Virus record (IMG/VR): IMGVR_UViG_3300018405_000011
DNA length: 64,000 bases
From: a virus
Lineage: Duplodnaviria > Caudoviricetes
Direction: 5' to 3' (one strand)
This document shows, piece by piece, positions 9,606-19,647 of this stretch. The notes beneath the pieces were generated by a model. The model was not told the DNA's origin and did not search any database. It saw nothing but the letters and a program-made list of their open reading frames with translations. The number at the start of each line of letters is the position of its first letter. Within the stretch, counting starts at the first letter, position 1. Made by a program: the position numbers and the translations under genes.

Positions 9606-10538
9606 ATGGCTACAACTGCAACTATCGATTTAAACGATGCTGCTTATGCGGACATTGAACTTCGTGATATCTATGGTCCATCTGACTGCTTTATCGAAGA
9701 AATCAAACGTTTACTTTCCGTAACGATTGACATCAATGGTAAAGTCCTTATCCGTGGGGAACACAGCCGGTCAGCACGTGAAGTATTACTGCGCATGCTT
9801 TCGCATCTAGCCCGACGTTTACCTTTGTCTATGGAAGTGGTGACCGAGTACATCCAGTCACAGCTTTCTATGATACAGTACTCTAAACGGATGCCCGTCA
9901 TAGAAGCAGGGAAGTTAAAGATTACGGCTAAAACGCCGAATCAAGCGACTTTACATGAAAGCCTAAATGAACACCTACTAAACTTTGCAATTGGTCCTGC
10001 GGGTACAGGTAAGACATTAATTACCGTTATGGCCGCCGTTCGTGCTCTACAAGCTGGAGAAGTCGATGGCATCACGGTACTGCGCCCTGCAGTGGAAGCA
10101 GGGGAGAAGTTAGGGTTTCTACCGGGCGATGAGCAGAAAAAGCTAGACCCTTACTTACGCCCTATATTCGACGCCTTAGCGGAAATCCTAGGCTTTGAAG
10201 AAACCAACAAGTTAGTGGAAGCTGGTATCATCGAAATCTCGGCCTTGGCATTTCTACGCGGCCGTACATTTAAACGTAAGTTCGTGATTTTAGACGAAGC
10301 CCAAAACACGTCGGTTGAACAAATGAAAATGTTCGTCACGCGTTTAGGGTATGGGTCGAAGATGGCTATCTGTGGAGACACGGCTCAGATAGACTTACCT
10401 AAGGGAATCGAGTCGGGTTTAAAATACGCCATTGACACTTTTTACGAAAAGGCGCCGTCACCTAAGTTTACATTCTTAGACGACAGTGACTGTCATCGTC
10501 ACCCTATCGTAGAAGAACTCCTAGGGTTTATGCAGTAA
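9606..10538 (+). CDS. phoH: PhoH-like ATPase with N-terminal KH-like extension
   Basis: GPAGTGKT, RPAVEAGEKLGFLPGD, LAFLRGRTF, ILDEAQN, GDTAQIDL, RHPIV. Confidence 0.95.
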   Translation: MATTATIDLNDAAYADIELRDIYGPSDCFIEEIKRLLSVTIDINGKVLIRGEHSRSAREVLLRMLSHLARRLPLSMEVVTEYIQSQLSMIQYSKRMPVIEAGKLKITAKTPNQATLHESLNEHLLNFAIGPAGTGKTLITVMAAVRALQAGEVDGITVLRPAVEAGEKLGFLPGDEQKKLDPYLRPIFDALAEILGFEETNKLVEAGIIEISALAFLRGRTFKRKFVILDEAQNTSVEQMKMFVTRLGYGSKMAICGDTAQIDLPKGIESGLKYAIDTFYEKAPSPKFTFLDDSDCHRHPIVEELLGFMQ

Positions 10539-10541
10539 CAT

Positions 10542-10576
10542 TAAAAGCACTGGGTTACTCCTAGTGCTTTTATTTT
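10542..10576 (+). terminator. Intrinsic terminator
   Basis: TAAAAGCACTGGG/CCTAGTGCTTTTA stem then T-run. Confidence 0.8.
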
Positions 10577-10608
10577 CATCATCTTATGTATTATAAAAAG
10601 GAATACCC

Positions 10609-11349
10609 ATGTCCATTGCTATTAATAATCTTTTCTATGTTACTGACCCTTCGGTAGTATGGGATTGTGAGTCTAAAATCCGCATACCGGAACTCTTTAC
10701 ATCTGTAGAGATGTACATTACCAAAGATTACGATATTGTCCATGTACCGAATCAAACCGTTTACAAACGCGACCGCGCTATAGCTATCGAAAAGCTCGTC
10801 TACAGTGACGTTCCAGATTTAGCAATTAATGGGCAGTCTGTCCACTTAATGCTTTTATTAGCGGGTATCTTTAAACCTTTAAACTTATTACCTACCGATT
10901 ACGTCTATACTGTAGGTAGCCCACAAGGACCTACGGTAAAGGTACTTAATCTAGAATACCGAGATAACCCAGCAGAGAGTCTATTCTGGCAATATCCTAA
11001 AGAAGGGATTCTAGTACCTAATACTGGACTGACCGAAAAGGTTTACTATATCCCCGCACTGAAAGATGTGTATGTAAGAGAAGACGGCGAGATATTAAAT
11101 GCTTCTTATGCACTATTTGAAAAAGGTGAAAATCGCACAACCTACTACGTGAAATCTAGCGCGGATGAAACTGCTTTATTTGAGCTTACCCAAAAAGAGC
11201 TGGTTGCGTTAGCACTAGGGCTCTATGACGCTACGGATTTAAGCTGTATTACTATTCAGCCCGATGGCGTTGGTGGTACAGAAATAGGCCCAATTATGGA
11301 ACTGTTTACCACGGTTGACTATGTAGGTACAGAAGCACCATCCCCATAA
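10609..11349 (+). CDS. Hypothetical protein, possibly structural
   Basis: AAGGA RBS; follows a terminator and an ATCTTATG late-like motif. Confidence 0.75.
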   Translation: MSIAINNLFYVTDPSVVWDCESKIRIPELFTSVEMYITKDYDIVHVPNQTVYKRDRAIAIEKLVYSDVPDLAINGQSVHLMLLLAGIFKPLNLLPTDYVYTVGSPQGPTVKVLNLEYRDNPAESLFWQYPKEGILVPNTGLTEKVYYIPALKDVYVREDGEILNASYALFEKGENRTTYYVKSSADETALFELTQKELVALALGLYDATDLSCITIQPDGVGGTEIGPIMELFTTVDYVGTEAPSP

Positions 11350-11414
11350 CTTAAAGGCTTTCTAATCCTATGACTTATTAGAATTCTCTCAGTATTATCC
11401 ATAAGGAACTATCC

Positions 11415-12620
11415 ATGTCTAAGTCAGTATTAAAACAAGCCATTATGGCGACACTCGCAGCCTCGTCAGAAATCAGTTCTGTAGAAGCAGCACAAGAAAC
11501 CATTGCGAGTTTCCAACAGGAACAGCGCGAATTTGAAGAAGCGGTAGAGCTTCATAACAAGCTGGTGACTATCACTGAAAACTGTCGTCCTGCGGACACC
11601 CGTATGGCTATCATTGCTGCTAATGAAGCACTGGGCGCTATTCCAGAACTTCAACTACCAATGGTCTCAATGGAGTCCAGCGCAGAAGACCATTACGAAA
11701 TCGCAATGGAAGGCATCGGTGATATTATCGAGTCTATCTCTAAATTCGTAAAAGAGAAGTTTAAATCTCTAATGGAAAAAGTAGGTAAATTCAAAGATGC
11801 CTTTACTTATGTGTTTAAAGACGAAGCAGAACGTGCTGCTGCACTATTATCTCTGATGGATAAGTCACCGGCGTATGTAGAAGGCGACATTGCTTTACCG
11901 GAGCCACAGGTACATCTGTTCCAGGCGGGCGGTAAGATAATGGATACCTCTAAAGCGATTGGTGACGTTGTGAAACACAACGAAGCAACGTTTAGTCCAA
12001 AAGCGGTTGAAAAAGGTATCGCTGCTATTAAAGCGAATGGTTGGAAAGGCTACGTCGATGGCATGGACGCTATCAGTAAGGTTATGATGGGTCTGGTTAA
12101 AGACTTCGGCATGAAGCCAACGAATGAAATCGGTGATAAGCCGGTGAGTAAGACACACGTTGCTTACCGCACAATGACCAAACTCCCAGCTAACTATTAC
12201 AACTACGTGCTGATGATTGCACGAGTGGTACCTGGCGATAAGCGTGAGTTCTATACGTGGGACCGCGTAGGGTCCATTAACGAAAACGCTAAGTTCGCGA
12301 CTAACAAGGGCGTTTCTGTAATGCCTGCATTAAAAGAAGCCGAACTTAAGAAAGTCCTTACTGCCATTAAGGATGGTTCTTCATCTAACGTAGAGCGAGT
12401 GCAAGCCATCTCTAACTGGGCACGTAACCTAGACGGTTTCTTTGATGCCTTCTTTAAGCAGATGGAAGATTTGACACTAACCAAAGAAGAAGTAAACCGC
12501 CTGTATACAGATGTGTATAGCCTAGCAACGTTTAGCTTCTACGCTATGTCAGATAATTTAGACTATCATGACCGTGTGTTTGGTGCTTATCTAAGCGTTG
12601 CAAAACGTCACTTTAAATAA
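11415..12620 (+). CDS. Internal head protein with cleavable propeptide
   Basis: Acidic Ala/Glu-rich N-terminus ending VSMES...IAMEGIGDII, typical of processed phiKZ-type head proteins. Confidence 0.75.
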   Translation: MSKSVLKQAIMATLAASSEISSVEAAQETIASFQQEQREFEEAVELHNKLVTITENCRPADTRMAIIAANEALGAIPELQLPMVSMESSAEDHYEIAMEGIGDIIESISKFVKEKFKSLMEKVGKFKDAFTYVFKDEAERAAALLSLMDKSPAYVEGDIALPEPQVHLFQAGGKIMDTSKAIGDVVKHNEATFSPKAVEKGIAAIKANGWKGYVDGMDAISKVMMGLVKDFGMKPTNEIGDKPVSKTHVAYRTMTKLPANYYNYVLMIARVVPGDKREFYTWDRVGSINENAKFATNKGVSVMPALKEAELKKVLTAIKDGSSSNVERVQAISNWARNLDGFFDAFFKQMEDLTLTKEEVNRLYTDVYSLATFSFYAMSDNLDYHDRVFGAYLSVAKRHFK

Positions 12621-12627
12621 ACCATAA

Positions 12628-12665
12628 TTAATAGTCCTAGGAGCATCGGCTCCTAGGACTATTAA
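12628..12665. terminator. Bidirectional terminator
   Basis: 17-bp perfect stem between convergent genes. Confidence 0.85.
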
Positions 12666-12680
12666 TGCTATTTCTCTTTT

Positions 12681-13400
12681 TTAATCTTTTTCAAAAGTAA
12701 CCAGGTGGTAATTCTGCTTACCGCTGATGATGTCAGTAGCCTCCCAGCCAAACCTATACCCCCATAGGGTAAAGACTTTAAAGGTTAGTAATGGGTTGTC
12801 CGTTTCGTACTGGTAGTACTTTGCATTGTATGCAGTATTACGCATTGTCCAGAATGTCGAACAGATGAAGTTAAAGTAGGCGTTCTTACCACCCCTTAAG
12901 TTTCCTAGTTCAAAGGTATTGCCGAACAATACATTCTTTTCAATATACTCGACTTGCTTAGCGATATGGCCACGGAACGGTTTACCAATGACTGGGTAGT
13001 GTTCCCCGGTAACGATTTTCTTTAGGAAACCTAAATCTACGGTATCGTAGTTAGAGTCGTCGTCTACCCAAATCCATACCGCCCAGTACCAGAACTGGAA
13101 GGTTAACCACCCTATATGCTCCTTAGGTACCTCACCTCCCATCTCAAAGCGCGTAGACTGAAGTAGCCATAGTGTTTCCTTAGAAACGGGATGGCGCTCA
13201 TAGAGACGCTTTAACCAACGCTGTTCTTGTAGGATATAGTTATAGACGTAATAACGTGCAGGTTCACGGAACCACACTACACACCAATACACAGGCACGC
13301 CGACGACTTTACGGATGCCGGTAATCGAAGTTACCATAAAAAAATAAATGTAACGATAAAAGAAATAAAAGAGTTCTTTCATTAAGGGCTCCCTAGCCAT
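12681..13400 (-). CDS. Hypothetical aromatic-rich protein
   Basis: W/Y/F-rich ORF; start uncertain (13430, 13400 or 13382). Confidence 0.65.
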   Translation of the reverse strand: MAREPLMKELFYFFYRYIYFFMVTSITGIRKVVGVPVYWCVVWFREPARYYVYNYILQEQRWLKRLYERHPVSKETLWLLQSTRFEMGGEVPKEHIGWLTFQFWYWAVWIWVDDDSNYDTVDLGFLKKIVTGEHYPVIGKPFRGHIAKQVEYIEKNVLFGNTFELGNLRGGKNAYFNFICSTFWTMRNTAYNAKYYQYETDNPLLTFKVFTLWGYRFGWEATDIISGKQNYHLVTFEKD

Positions 13401-13432
13401 GGTTAATGTTATCATAGTGATGTAAACCACCC

Positions 13433-14209
13433 ATGGGATTCCTAAAGGTAAATATTAACGATACGCAAACATCCCATGTTACTGATAAAAGAGGAAAGGT
13501 TATGAAAGATAAACTGACTGAGTTTTTAAATGCAAACCCAGAAGTAATGCAAGACTGGTTAGAAGGCGGCAGTAATATAAAGTCTGTCTATAAATCCCTC
13601 ATTCGTGAACAACTGGGCAATCCAGTTATATTCTTAGATGTAGATGAAGTCATACAAGTTCATCGTGCTCACTTACAGGGTCTCATGATAGACCCCGTTG
13701 CTGTAGAGCTGATTCAGAGACTCTGTGACCTAACGGGGGCGAGAATTGTCTATGCTAGCGTATGGGGTACCTTTATGAACGATGGTATTACGGCGTCTTC
13801 TATTCACGAAGCGTTTGGCTTTAAAGGAATGTCATTGATGCAGACTGCGGATGGCACAGAAATGCCATGGCGTCTAGAATCCGTAACTGGAAGTGGTAAC
13901 CGTGGACGCTCTGTTCAGAAGTATCTGGCTGATAACCCACACATTAAAAACTATGTCGTTATTGATGACAGTTGGTCTGATTACATGGAAATACTGGATA
14001 AGGTCGTTGCACCAGACGGCATTGAAGGCTTCGGCGTTCGTGACTTCTACCGTGCTAAAGACATACTCGTACACGGACAGGTTCGCTCACCTGAAGAGAC
14101 ACGTCTGCCCTTTATTTACCCGCACCGTTCTCAAGGTTGCGTACGTGATATGAAAACGCCATTAGAAATCTGGCAGCTAGAACAACAAATTAAAGATAAG
14201 GAAAGCTAA
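13433..14209 (+). CDS. HAD-family phosphatase (Swiss Army Knife RNA-repair type)
   Basis: FLDVDEVI motif I, ARIVYASVW, RGRSVQKYL, YVVIDDS; start may be 13502. Confidence 0.75.
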   Translation: MGFLKVNINDTQTSHVTDKRGKVMKDKLTEFLNANPEVMQDWLEGGSNIKSVYKSLIREQLGNPVIFLDVDEVIQVHRAHLQGLMIDPVAVELIQRLCDLTGARIVYASVWGTFMNDGITASSIHEAFGFKGMSLMQTADGTEMPWRLESVTGSGNRGRSVQKYLADNPHIKNYVVIDDSWSDYMEILDKVVAPDGIEGFGVRDFYRAKDILVHGQVRSPEETRLPFIYPHRSQGCVRDMKTPLEIWQLEQQIKDKES

Positions 14210-14793
14210 TGTTAGATAAGAAATGTAAAATGTGTCTTAAAGAAGGCATGGTCTATGACGAACGTGGTTCCGTGGACCGACATGTTGTGATGGGACACTG
14301 CGGGCATTGTGGTGCGCTTGTGCGTAAGCAAACCAAACCTATGGTGTCCATGGAAACATGGTTAAACATAAAGGATGAAGTATTAGTCCTTAATGAAGCA
14401 GAGTCTGACGGGTATTGGGATAAACACGCGGCGCTTAATAAGGCACTGGAGTACCTTAAAACCAACGAAGTCTGCACGACTTGTCATACAGGACACGTGG
14501 AACCTTATGCCGACCTTAGCTTAGGTGAAGAGCCTACACCGCTGATACTCTATCGTAAGTGTGGAAACCCAGACTGCGCATCCGAACCAGTAGTTTTTAC
14601 GGATGACGAATCCGACGTTCGCGTGATCATTGACTGTTTACGTGGCATGGAGAACCCAATTGCCGTAAGTCTGTCCGTGTTATACGAAGCCCGTTTATTA
14701 GGGTTTAAAGTACATGACGACGAAGGTCACTACTTAGACATCGATTTTCTGGCACAGCAAATAATGGAGCACGCTAATGATCATCAGCAGTAA
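14209..14793 (+). CDS. Zn-ribbon-containing hypothetical protein
   Basis: Four CxxC-type pairs (CKMC, CGHC, CTTC, CGNPDC). Confidence 0.7.
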   Translation: MLDKKCKMCLKEGMVYDERGSVDRHVVMGHCGHCGALVRKQTKPMVSMETWLNIKDEVLVLNEAESDGYWDKHAALNKALEYLKTNEVCTTCHTGHVEPYADLSLGEEPTPLILYRKCGNPDCASEPVVFTDDESDVRVIIDCLRGMENPIAVSLSVLYEARLLGFKVHDDEGHYLDIDFLAQQIMEHANDHQQ

Positions 14794-15781
14794 GCATGAC
14801 GTAGACAGTCACGTCTACAACTACATCCATGACAGTGGCGTACAGACTACCGTTAAAGTCTCACCATCGGGTCACTACCGCCAGGACAACTTAGACCGAA
14901 CACAACCGGTTACTCAAGATAAACGTAAATACTCGGTTATCATCTCTTCGTCTGTAGGCTGCCCTTTAAGCTGTCAGTTCTGTCATCTAACCTTACTGAA
15001 TAAACCGCATCGTGCGCTGAGTCATAAGGAAATCACGGATAACGTACTGGAAGCGATTCACGTCACCCGTGACCATGAAGACTTAAGTAGTCGCTATATC
15101 AAGCTCTGCTTTATGGGGGAAGGGGAAGCCATCCTAAACATCAGTAATGTCCGAATAGCGGCACTGGACATCATTAGTGGCGTAATGGAGCGAGGATGGG
15201 CAGCGGGGTTAGACGGTGTAGACATCGCCACCGCTTTCCCAAATGTAGGGGTAGGGAAACTCTACGAAATCATCGCCTTTAACCATGAGCTTTCTGTTAA
15301 GTGGCCTCTAAATCCGCATAACTACGAACTAAACGTTCGTGGGGAGTTTAGGTCAGTCGTCCGCTTGTTCTACTCAATGCACCATTCTAACGATGTCGAC
15401 AGAGCGAAGCTCATGCCGGGCACGGCACCACTAAGCGACGCATTACGCCGACTAGGCACCATTGCCAACAGTTCGGTAAACTTAGTTATCCACTACATGT
15501 TTATTGAAGGGGTTAATGACAGCTCAGACCAAGTCAATGAACTGGTCAATCTCATTAATGGGTTAGAGTATGCGTATAAGATACAGTTTAGAATCTTACG
15601 CTATAACCCGCCTAATGCAGATACTCGTGAAAGTCCTAGACTAAAAGACATTGTCAGTTATCTACAAGACGACTTAGCCGTGGACTTTATTAAGGTACAG
15701 TATTCTGCAGGTGAAGCTATTAAAGGTGCATGCGGGATGTTTATGGACGATATGGTCGAGGTTACTCATGGCAAAGCCTAA
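14777..15781 (+). CDS. RlmN/Cfr-like radical SAM enzyme (divergent)
   Basis: SSSVGCPLSCQFC, FMGEGEA, SMH..ND..R..LMP, YMFIEGVNDS, RYNP, IKGACGM. Confidence 0.8.
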   Translation: MIISSKHDVDSHVYNYIHDSGVQTTVKVSPSGHYRQDNLDRTQPVTQDKRKYSVIISSSVGCPLSCQFCHLTLLNKPHRALSHKEITDNVLEAIHVTRDHEDLSSRYIKLCFMGEGEAILNISNVRIAALDIISGVMERGWAAGLDGVDIATAFPNVGVGKLYEIIAFNHELSVKWPLNPHNYELNVRGEFRSVVRLFYSMHHSNDVDRAKLMPGTAPLSDALRRLGTIANSSVNLVIHYMFIEGVNDSSDQVNELVNLINGLEYAYKIQFRILRYNPPNADTRESPRLKDIVSYLQDDLAVDFIKVQYSAGEAIKGACGMFMDDMVEVTHGKA

Positions 15782-16229
15782 CTGGAAACTACGTCGGGTT
15801 ACCGTAAAGTTAACCCTAAGTTGGGTCACGGTAATGTGTGGTTACTTGCTCTATCGTGGTAATGGGGAATCCATGCTGCATGAAACATTGGTGTCTAATC
15901 TACTGCTATTAGCGTTTTTAGTGGTTGGCGGCTATGTGTTTGGAGTCGCATCCGATAACCATGTTAACGGCAGTGGTGAAGAAGACACGAGTGGGTCAGG
16001 TAAGGACACGGCATTAGGTACATGGTCAGAACGACGTAAGGTCATTCTAAGGGCACTGGTACTTTGCGCGGGAGCACTTACCTATTTAATGCTCTACGGG
16101 GAAGACAGCACGTTAAACAGCACCTTTGCATCAGGACTATGTCTGTTCTATGCCGGCGTAATTAATAGCTGGATATTTGGCGGCGTCTATGACGACTACG
16201 CCATTAAGCAAAAACTAAATAAGGAATAA
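15768..16229 (+). CDS. Internally duplicated four-TM membrane protein, holin candidate
   Basis: Two repeats of W..RR...YL...G....L..T...FG...D; start moved to ATG 15768. Confidence 0.6.
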   Translation: MAKPNWKLRRVTVKLTLSWVTVMCGYLLYRGNGESMLHETLVSNLLLLAFLVVGGYVFGVASDNHVNGSGEEDTSGSGKDTALGTWSERRKVILRALVLCAGALTYLMLYGEDSTLNSTFASGLCLFYAGVINSWIFGGVYDDYAIKQKLNKE

Positions 16230-16234
16230 ACTTC

Positions 16235-17410
16235 ATGTTTATTAACAAAATACCGTCTAGTCGCTTGCGGCTATGGACTTTAACTAATATTAGCTTTACG
16301 AGTGTAGTATTATCCGTGTGTCTATTAGAGGTCTTGAGCTTATACCTTAAGACTGGAGAAACATTAACATGGACCGGAGTTACATTAGCCGACTCTTTAT
16401 GGGTGATTGGTTTATGGTGGGTAGGTTGCATTATACTCTATGCTATCCTTGACTCACTAACCTATGATAATCGTCATATTGAATACCTTAATAAAACAGG
16501 GCGATGGCATTGGGCTCCTATTGTTATTTTGGCCGTTGTTATTAATGCCTTGGTTGAAGAACCAACACAGGGTCCGATTATAGCCACTGAACTCGTACTT
16601 CATGCCTTTACTAAAATGGGATACTTTATTGTACTCTATCCCTTTATAGACGCCGTGATGGAAGGGGTATTAAATCCTTACGAAAAAGGACGTATCCTAG
16701 ACCGCTTTTTTATTACGCGTATACGCAATACTACGGCATGGCGCCGGTACGTATTTCATGCAGGTAGACTGCAGTGGGACATTAGTCTAGTCGGCCCACG
16801 TGGGCCTGAATTCATGGTTACAGTCGACCCTGATGGAGAAGAACAGTTTCACCTATGGATAAACTGTGGTTTGTTTGGCATCGGTTTCTCCTCTGCCCAA
16901 ATCCCTTATCTAAGCAGTCGTTTATTTAAAGGACATTATCGGTTAGGGTTTTACACGTGTACAACGCACCTATGTATTGCCCTTATGGAGAATGAAGACT
17001 TCCGTGGTTGGCAAGGGGGTAGAAACTTTATCTTTCACTGGGAGACTATGCTTAAAGGTAAAGAAACGGTAGAGTGCAGTGAGGAAGTATCGCGAGGATG
17101 TTTTCAGTTCCCGACTATTCCTCAAGAAGGCTATCCAGAAGAACAGCTAACATTACAGGTAACTTCCTGTATACTGAAACGTCGCTATAGCCGATGGTTC
17201 TCACCGCCTGACCTAGAACGCTTCCATGTGTTCACCAAAACCGATGAAAAGGTAGCACGTGTACCTGGCAAGGGAGAAAACGGGTGGGACTGCGACGATG
17301 AGTACGGAATTGACGTATGGTTAGCCGCTCGACCGATTACAGCTATGACGCCTAGACAGGCGGCTCAAGAAGTCATTGCTGATCTAGCACAAACTCGCTC
17401 ACGTCGTTAG
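16235..17410 (+). CDS. Membrane protein with soluble C-terminal domain
   Basis: About four N-terminal hydrophobic segments. Confidence 0.75.
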   Translation: MFINKIPSSRLRLWTLTNISFTSVVLSVCLLEVLSLYLKTGETLTWTGVTLADSLWVIGLWWVGCIILYAILDSLTYDNRHIEYLNKTGRWHWAPIVILAVVINALVEEPTQGPIIATELVLHAFTKMGYFIVLYPFIDAVMEGVLNPYEKGRILDRFFITRIRNTTAWRRYVFHAGRLQWDISLVGPRGPEFMVTVDPDGEEQFHLWINCGLFGIGFSSAQIPYLSSRLFKGHYRLGFYTCTTHLCIALMENEDFRGWQGGRNFIFHWETMLKGKETVECSEEVSRGCFQFPTIPQEGYPEEQLTLQVTSCILKRRYSRWFSPPDLERFHVFTKTDEKVARVPGKGENGWDCDDEYGIDVWLAARPITAMTPRQAAQEVIADLAQTRSRR

Positions 17411-17442
17411 ACGTGAGCTTTACTGCTATAAGGATATGATAA

Positions 17443-17907
17443 ATGAACATCGATGGATTTGAAACCCTCAGTCTTTACCCTAAAGAAAATATAGCGAGTT
17501 TTAAAATCCACGCTGCTAGACGAGAATATCTAAACTTTCTAGTAAACCACGAAGTCCGTGTGGTATGCCCTAAGTGTGGAAGTAAGCAGATACAGCTTAT
17601 GCCAGACGGAACTGTAGATAAGCCCGTATGGCGCTGCCGTTTAGACAAGGAGCGTTTCTCCGTAGACGGCATTCCTCTTGCCTGGCCCCAGGTTACACTT
17701 TTTGAGTTTATGACCCGCGTAAGAGCAAAGGTAGCGGAGTCACCTGACCACCTACCTCTCTTTACCCAACTTAAAGAACGGATACTGACAGGTGTTGATG
17801 ACAGCATCAGTTATATTGAAAAGTTAAAAGAACAACACCCGTATTGGGCAACTACCATTAACGATATTGAGCGCGATGCTAAACTGCTCTTTAACAGCGA
17901 GGTATAG
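17443..17907 (+). CDS. Zn-ribbon hypothetical protein
   Basis: CPKCGS...WRCRLDKERF. Confidence 0.7.
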   Translation: MNIDGFETLSLYPKENIASFKIHAARREYLNFLVNHEVRVVCPKCGSKQIQLMPDGTVDKPVWRCRLDKERFSVDGIPLAWPQVTLFEFMTRVRAKVAESPDHLPLFTQLKERILTGVDDSISYIEKLKEQHPYWATTINDIERDAKLLFNSEV

Positions 17908-17910
17908 GCA

Positions 17911-18576
17911 ATGGGTACTAACCTAATTGATATTTTTGTAGCGCTATTAAGCCAGCCTATGGCAAAGAAAGAGTACTTAAACTTAGGGTACTTGCAGATA
18001 CGCGTTAATCGCCTTATTATTAAGATTACTGACATTACTGTAATTGCAGGCACCTACTGTGTCACTGGCACCATCATTGGTAAATTGAACGTTTCGGGGA
18101 AACACGTTTATTACGATGCCCCTAAAGAACTCATTTTACACATCAACGATGAAAATTGTCACCACTACGAACATACGGCAGATATGCCTACGTCGTATCT
18201 GCAAGGAAGTCTGCGCTTATTAGAACACGTTAGGGGCGGCGACCCTATAGACGTAGTCAATGACGCTGTTAACAACATGCAGTTAATCGGTCTCTACAAT
18301 CCCGCGACTCAAGAGTTACTCGAGTGCTTAATCATACCCGCTAGTGGCTATGACCATACGCGAATGGATGGGGTAAGTAAACACCTTTACTACGACTTAC
18401 AGTTTTTATGTCGTACAGCGAATTCTGTCTATTCACTGCCGGGACTAAAGCTTACTTATGCCGAACTCATTAGCTATTTACATAACTACCTTATCGTTCC
18501 TAAATTGATAGCGACAACAGGCGACGCTCGCTTATACGCCGATGTGCCAGAGTGGGCGTATTTAGGTAACATGTAG
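17911..18576 (+). CDS. Hypothetical protein
   Basis: Operon packing. Confidence 0.7.
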   Translation: MGTNLIDIFVALLSQPMAKKEYLNLGYLQIRVNRLIIKITDITVIAGTYCVTGTIIGKLNVSGKHVYYDAPKELILHINDENCHHYEHTADMPTSYLQGSLRLLEHVRGGDPIDVVNDAVNNMQLIGLYNPATQELLECLIIPASGYDHTRMDGVSKHLYYDLQFLCRTANSVYSLPGLKLTYAELISYLHNYLIVPKLIATTGDARLYADVPEWAYLGNM

Positions 18577-18630
18577 TCTTTAATAAACGTATTTCCATAT
18601 AAACAAAACTTATTATACCCTAAGGATTAA

Positions 18631-19539
18631 ATGATGACTGAGTTTGAAAAAGCATTTGGTGTTCCGTCCAATGACCCTTCTCTAAGAGGGGCTTCGTTTC
18701 TAGCCCGACGAAACGAGTGTTACCGTTATGTTGGTGTACATACGCCTGACCCTTTAGGTGACAGTTATGTTGTACTACAATGCGCCATAACTGACGAAAT
18801 TTACATGCGCAGCGAGATGATTAGCTGGGGCGCATATAACCTGATGTTAAAACCGGAAAAGGGGAAGCTCATCTATATCGAAGGTGTAGACTCTGTAGGG
18901 AAAGCCACACAGACTCGTTTATTAGCGGCGCATCTACGTAGTCTAGGAAAATATGTGGTTACCTTAACCTACCCTAACTATGGTAAACCGATTGGTCAAA
19001 TCATTAAACGTTATTTAAATGGAGAGTTCGGTGAAGCGTCTACTATACATCCAGAACTCATAAGCTGCGCGTATGCCTTAGACCGAGCTAAAGACTCCAG
19101 CTTTATTAAGCAGGCACTAGAAGACGGCCACTGGGTTATCCTAGATAGAAGCCCCTATTCTAACAGTGCCTTCCAAGGAGGTAAGCTCGACCATGAAGAC
19201 GGGATGGTGGTAGCACGTCACCTAGCAGCATTAGAGTTTGATGCAGTAAACTTCCCTAAACCAGATAAAGTGTTCTTCTTAGATGCTAAACCATCGATAG
19301 CGATGGAGCTTATGGCTTCTCGCTCTAAACATGCCAGCGTTGCCGCTGATGGTAAGAAAGACCAACATGAATCTAATCATCAACTCTTAGACTCAGCCTA
19401 TGGCATCTATAAAGCTCTCTGTGAAGAGAACAGCGAGTGGGAAGGCATTCCTATCATAGATACGCAAACAGAGGCTCTGCGTACACCAGAGGCCATTAGT
19501 AAAGAGATACAGTCATTTGTATCGCAATGGATAAAGTAG
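18631..19539 (+). CDS. tmk: Thymidylate kinase with N-terminal extension
   Basis: IYIEGVDSVGKATQ, YALDR, ILDRSPYSNSAFQG, PDKVFFLD, DQHE. Confidence 0.9.
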   Translation: MMTEFEKAFGVPSNDPSLRGASFLARRNECYRYVGVHTPDPLGDSYVVLQCAITDEIYMRSEMISWGAYNLMLKPEKGKLIYIEGVDSVGKATQTRLLAAHLRSLGKYVVTLTYPNYGKPIGQIIKRYLNGEFGEASTIHPELISCAYALDRAKDSSFIKQALEDGHWVILDRSPYSNSAFQGGKLDHEDGMVVARHLAALEFDAVNFPKPDKVFFLDAKPSIAMELMASRSKHASVAADGKKDQHESNHQLLDSAYGIYKALCEENSEWEGIPIIDTQTEALRTPEAISKEIQSFVSQWIK

Positions 19540-19554
19540 GGTAGACTGATAGAT

Positions 19555-19588
19555 ACAGGGAGTAGCACTGCGCTACTCCCTGTGTTTC
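19555..19588 (+). terminator. Intrinsic terminator
   Basis: 12-bp stem ACAGGGAGTAGC/GCTACTCCCTGT. Confidence 0.8.
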
Positions 19589-19598
19589 TATATTGTTT

Positions 19599-19612
19599 AA
19601 AACCTATATTAC
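19599..19612 (+). promoter_or_regulatory. Early promoter motif
   Basis: AAAACCTATATTAC. Confidence 0.8.
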
Positions 19613-19647
19613 TTCAGTGAATGACTCTATTAATAAAGGTGAAGAAC

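Noticed and set aside
14209-14793. VSMET as firm evidence of a head protein
   Set aside because: A single motif without an acidic propeptide, in a non-structural operon; kept only as a weak candidate
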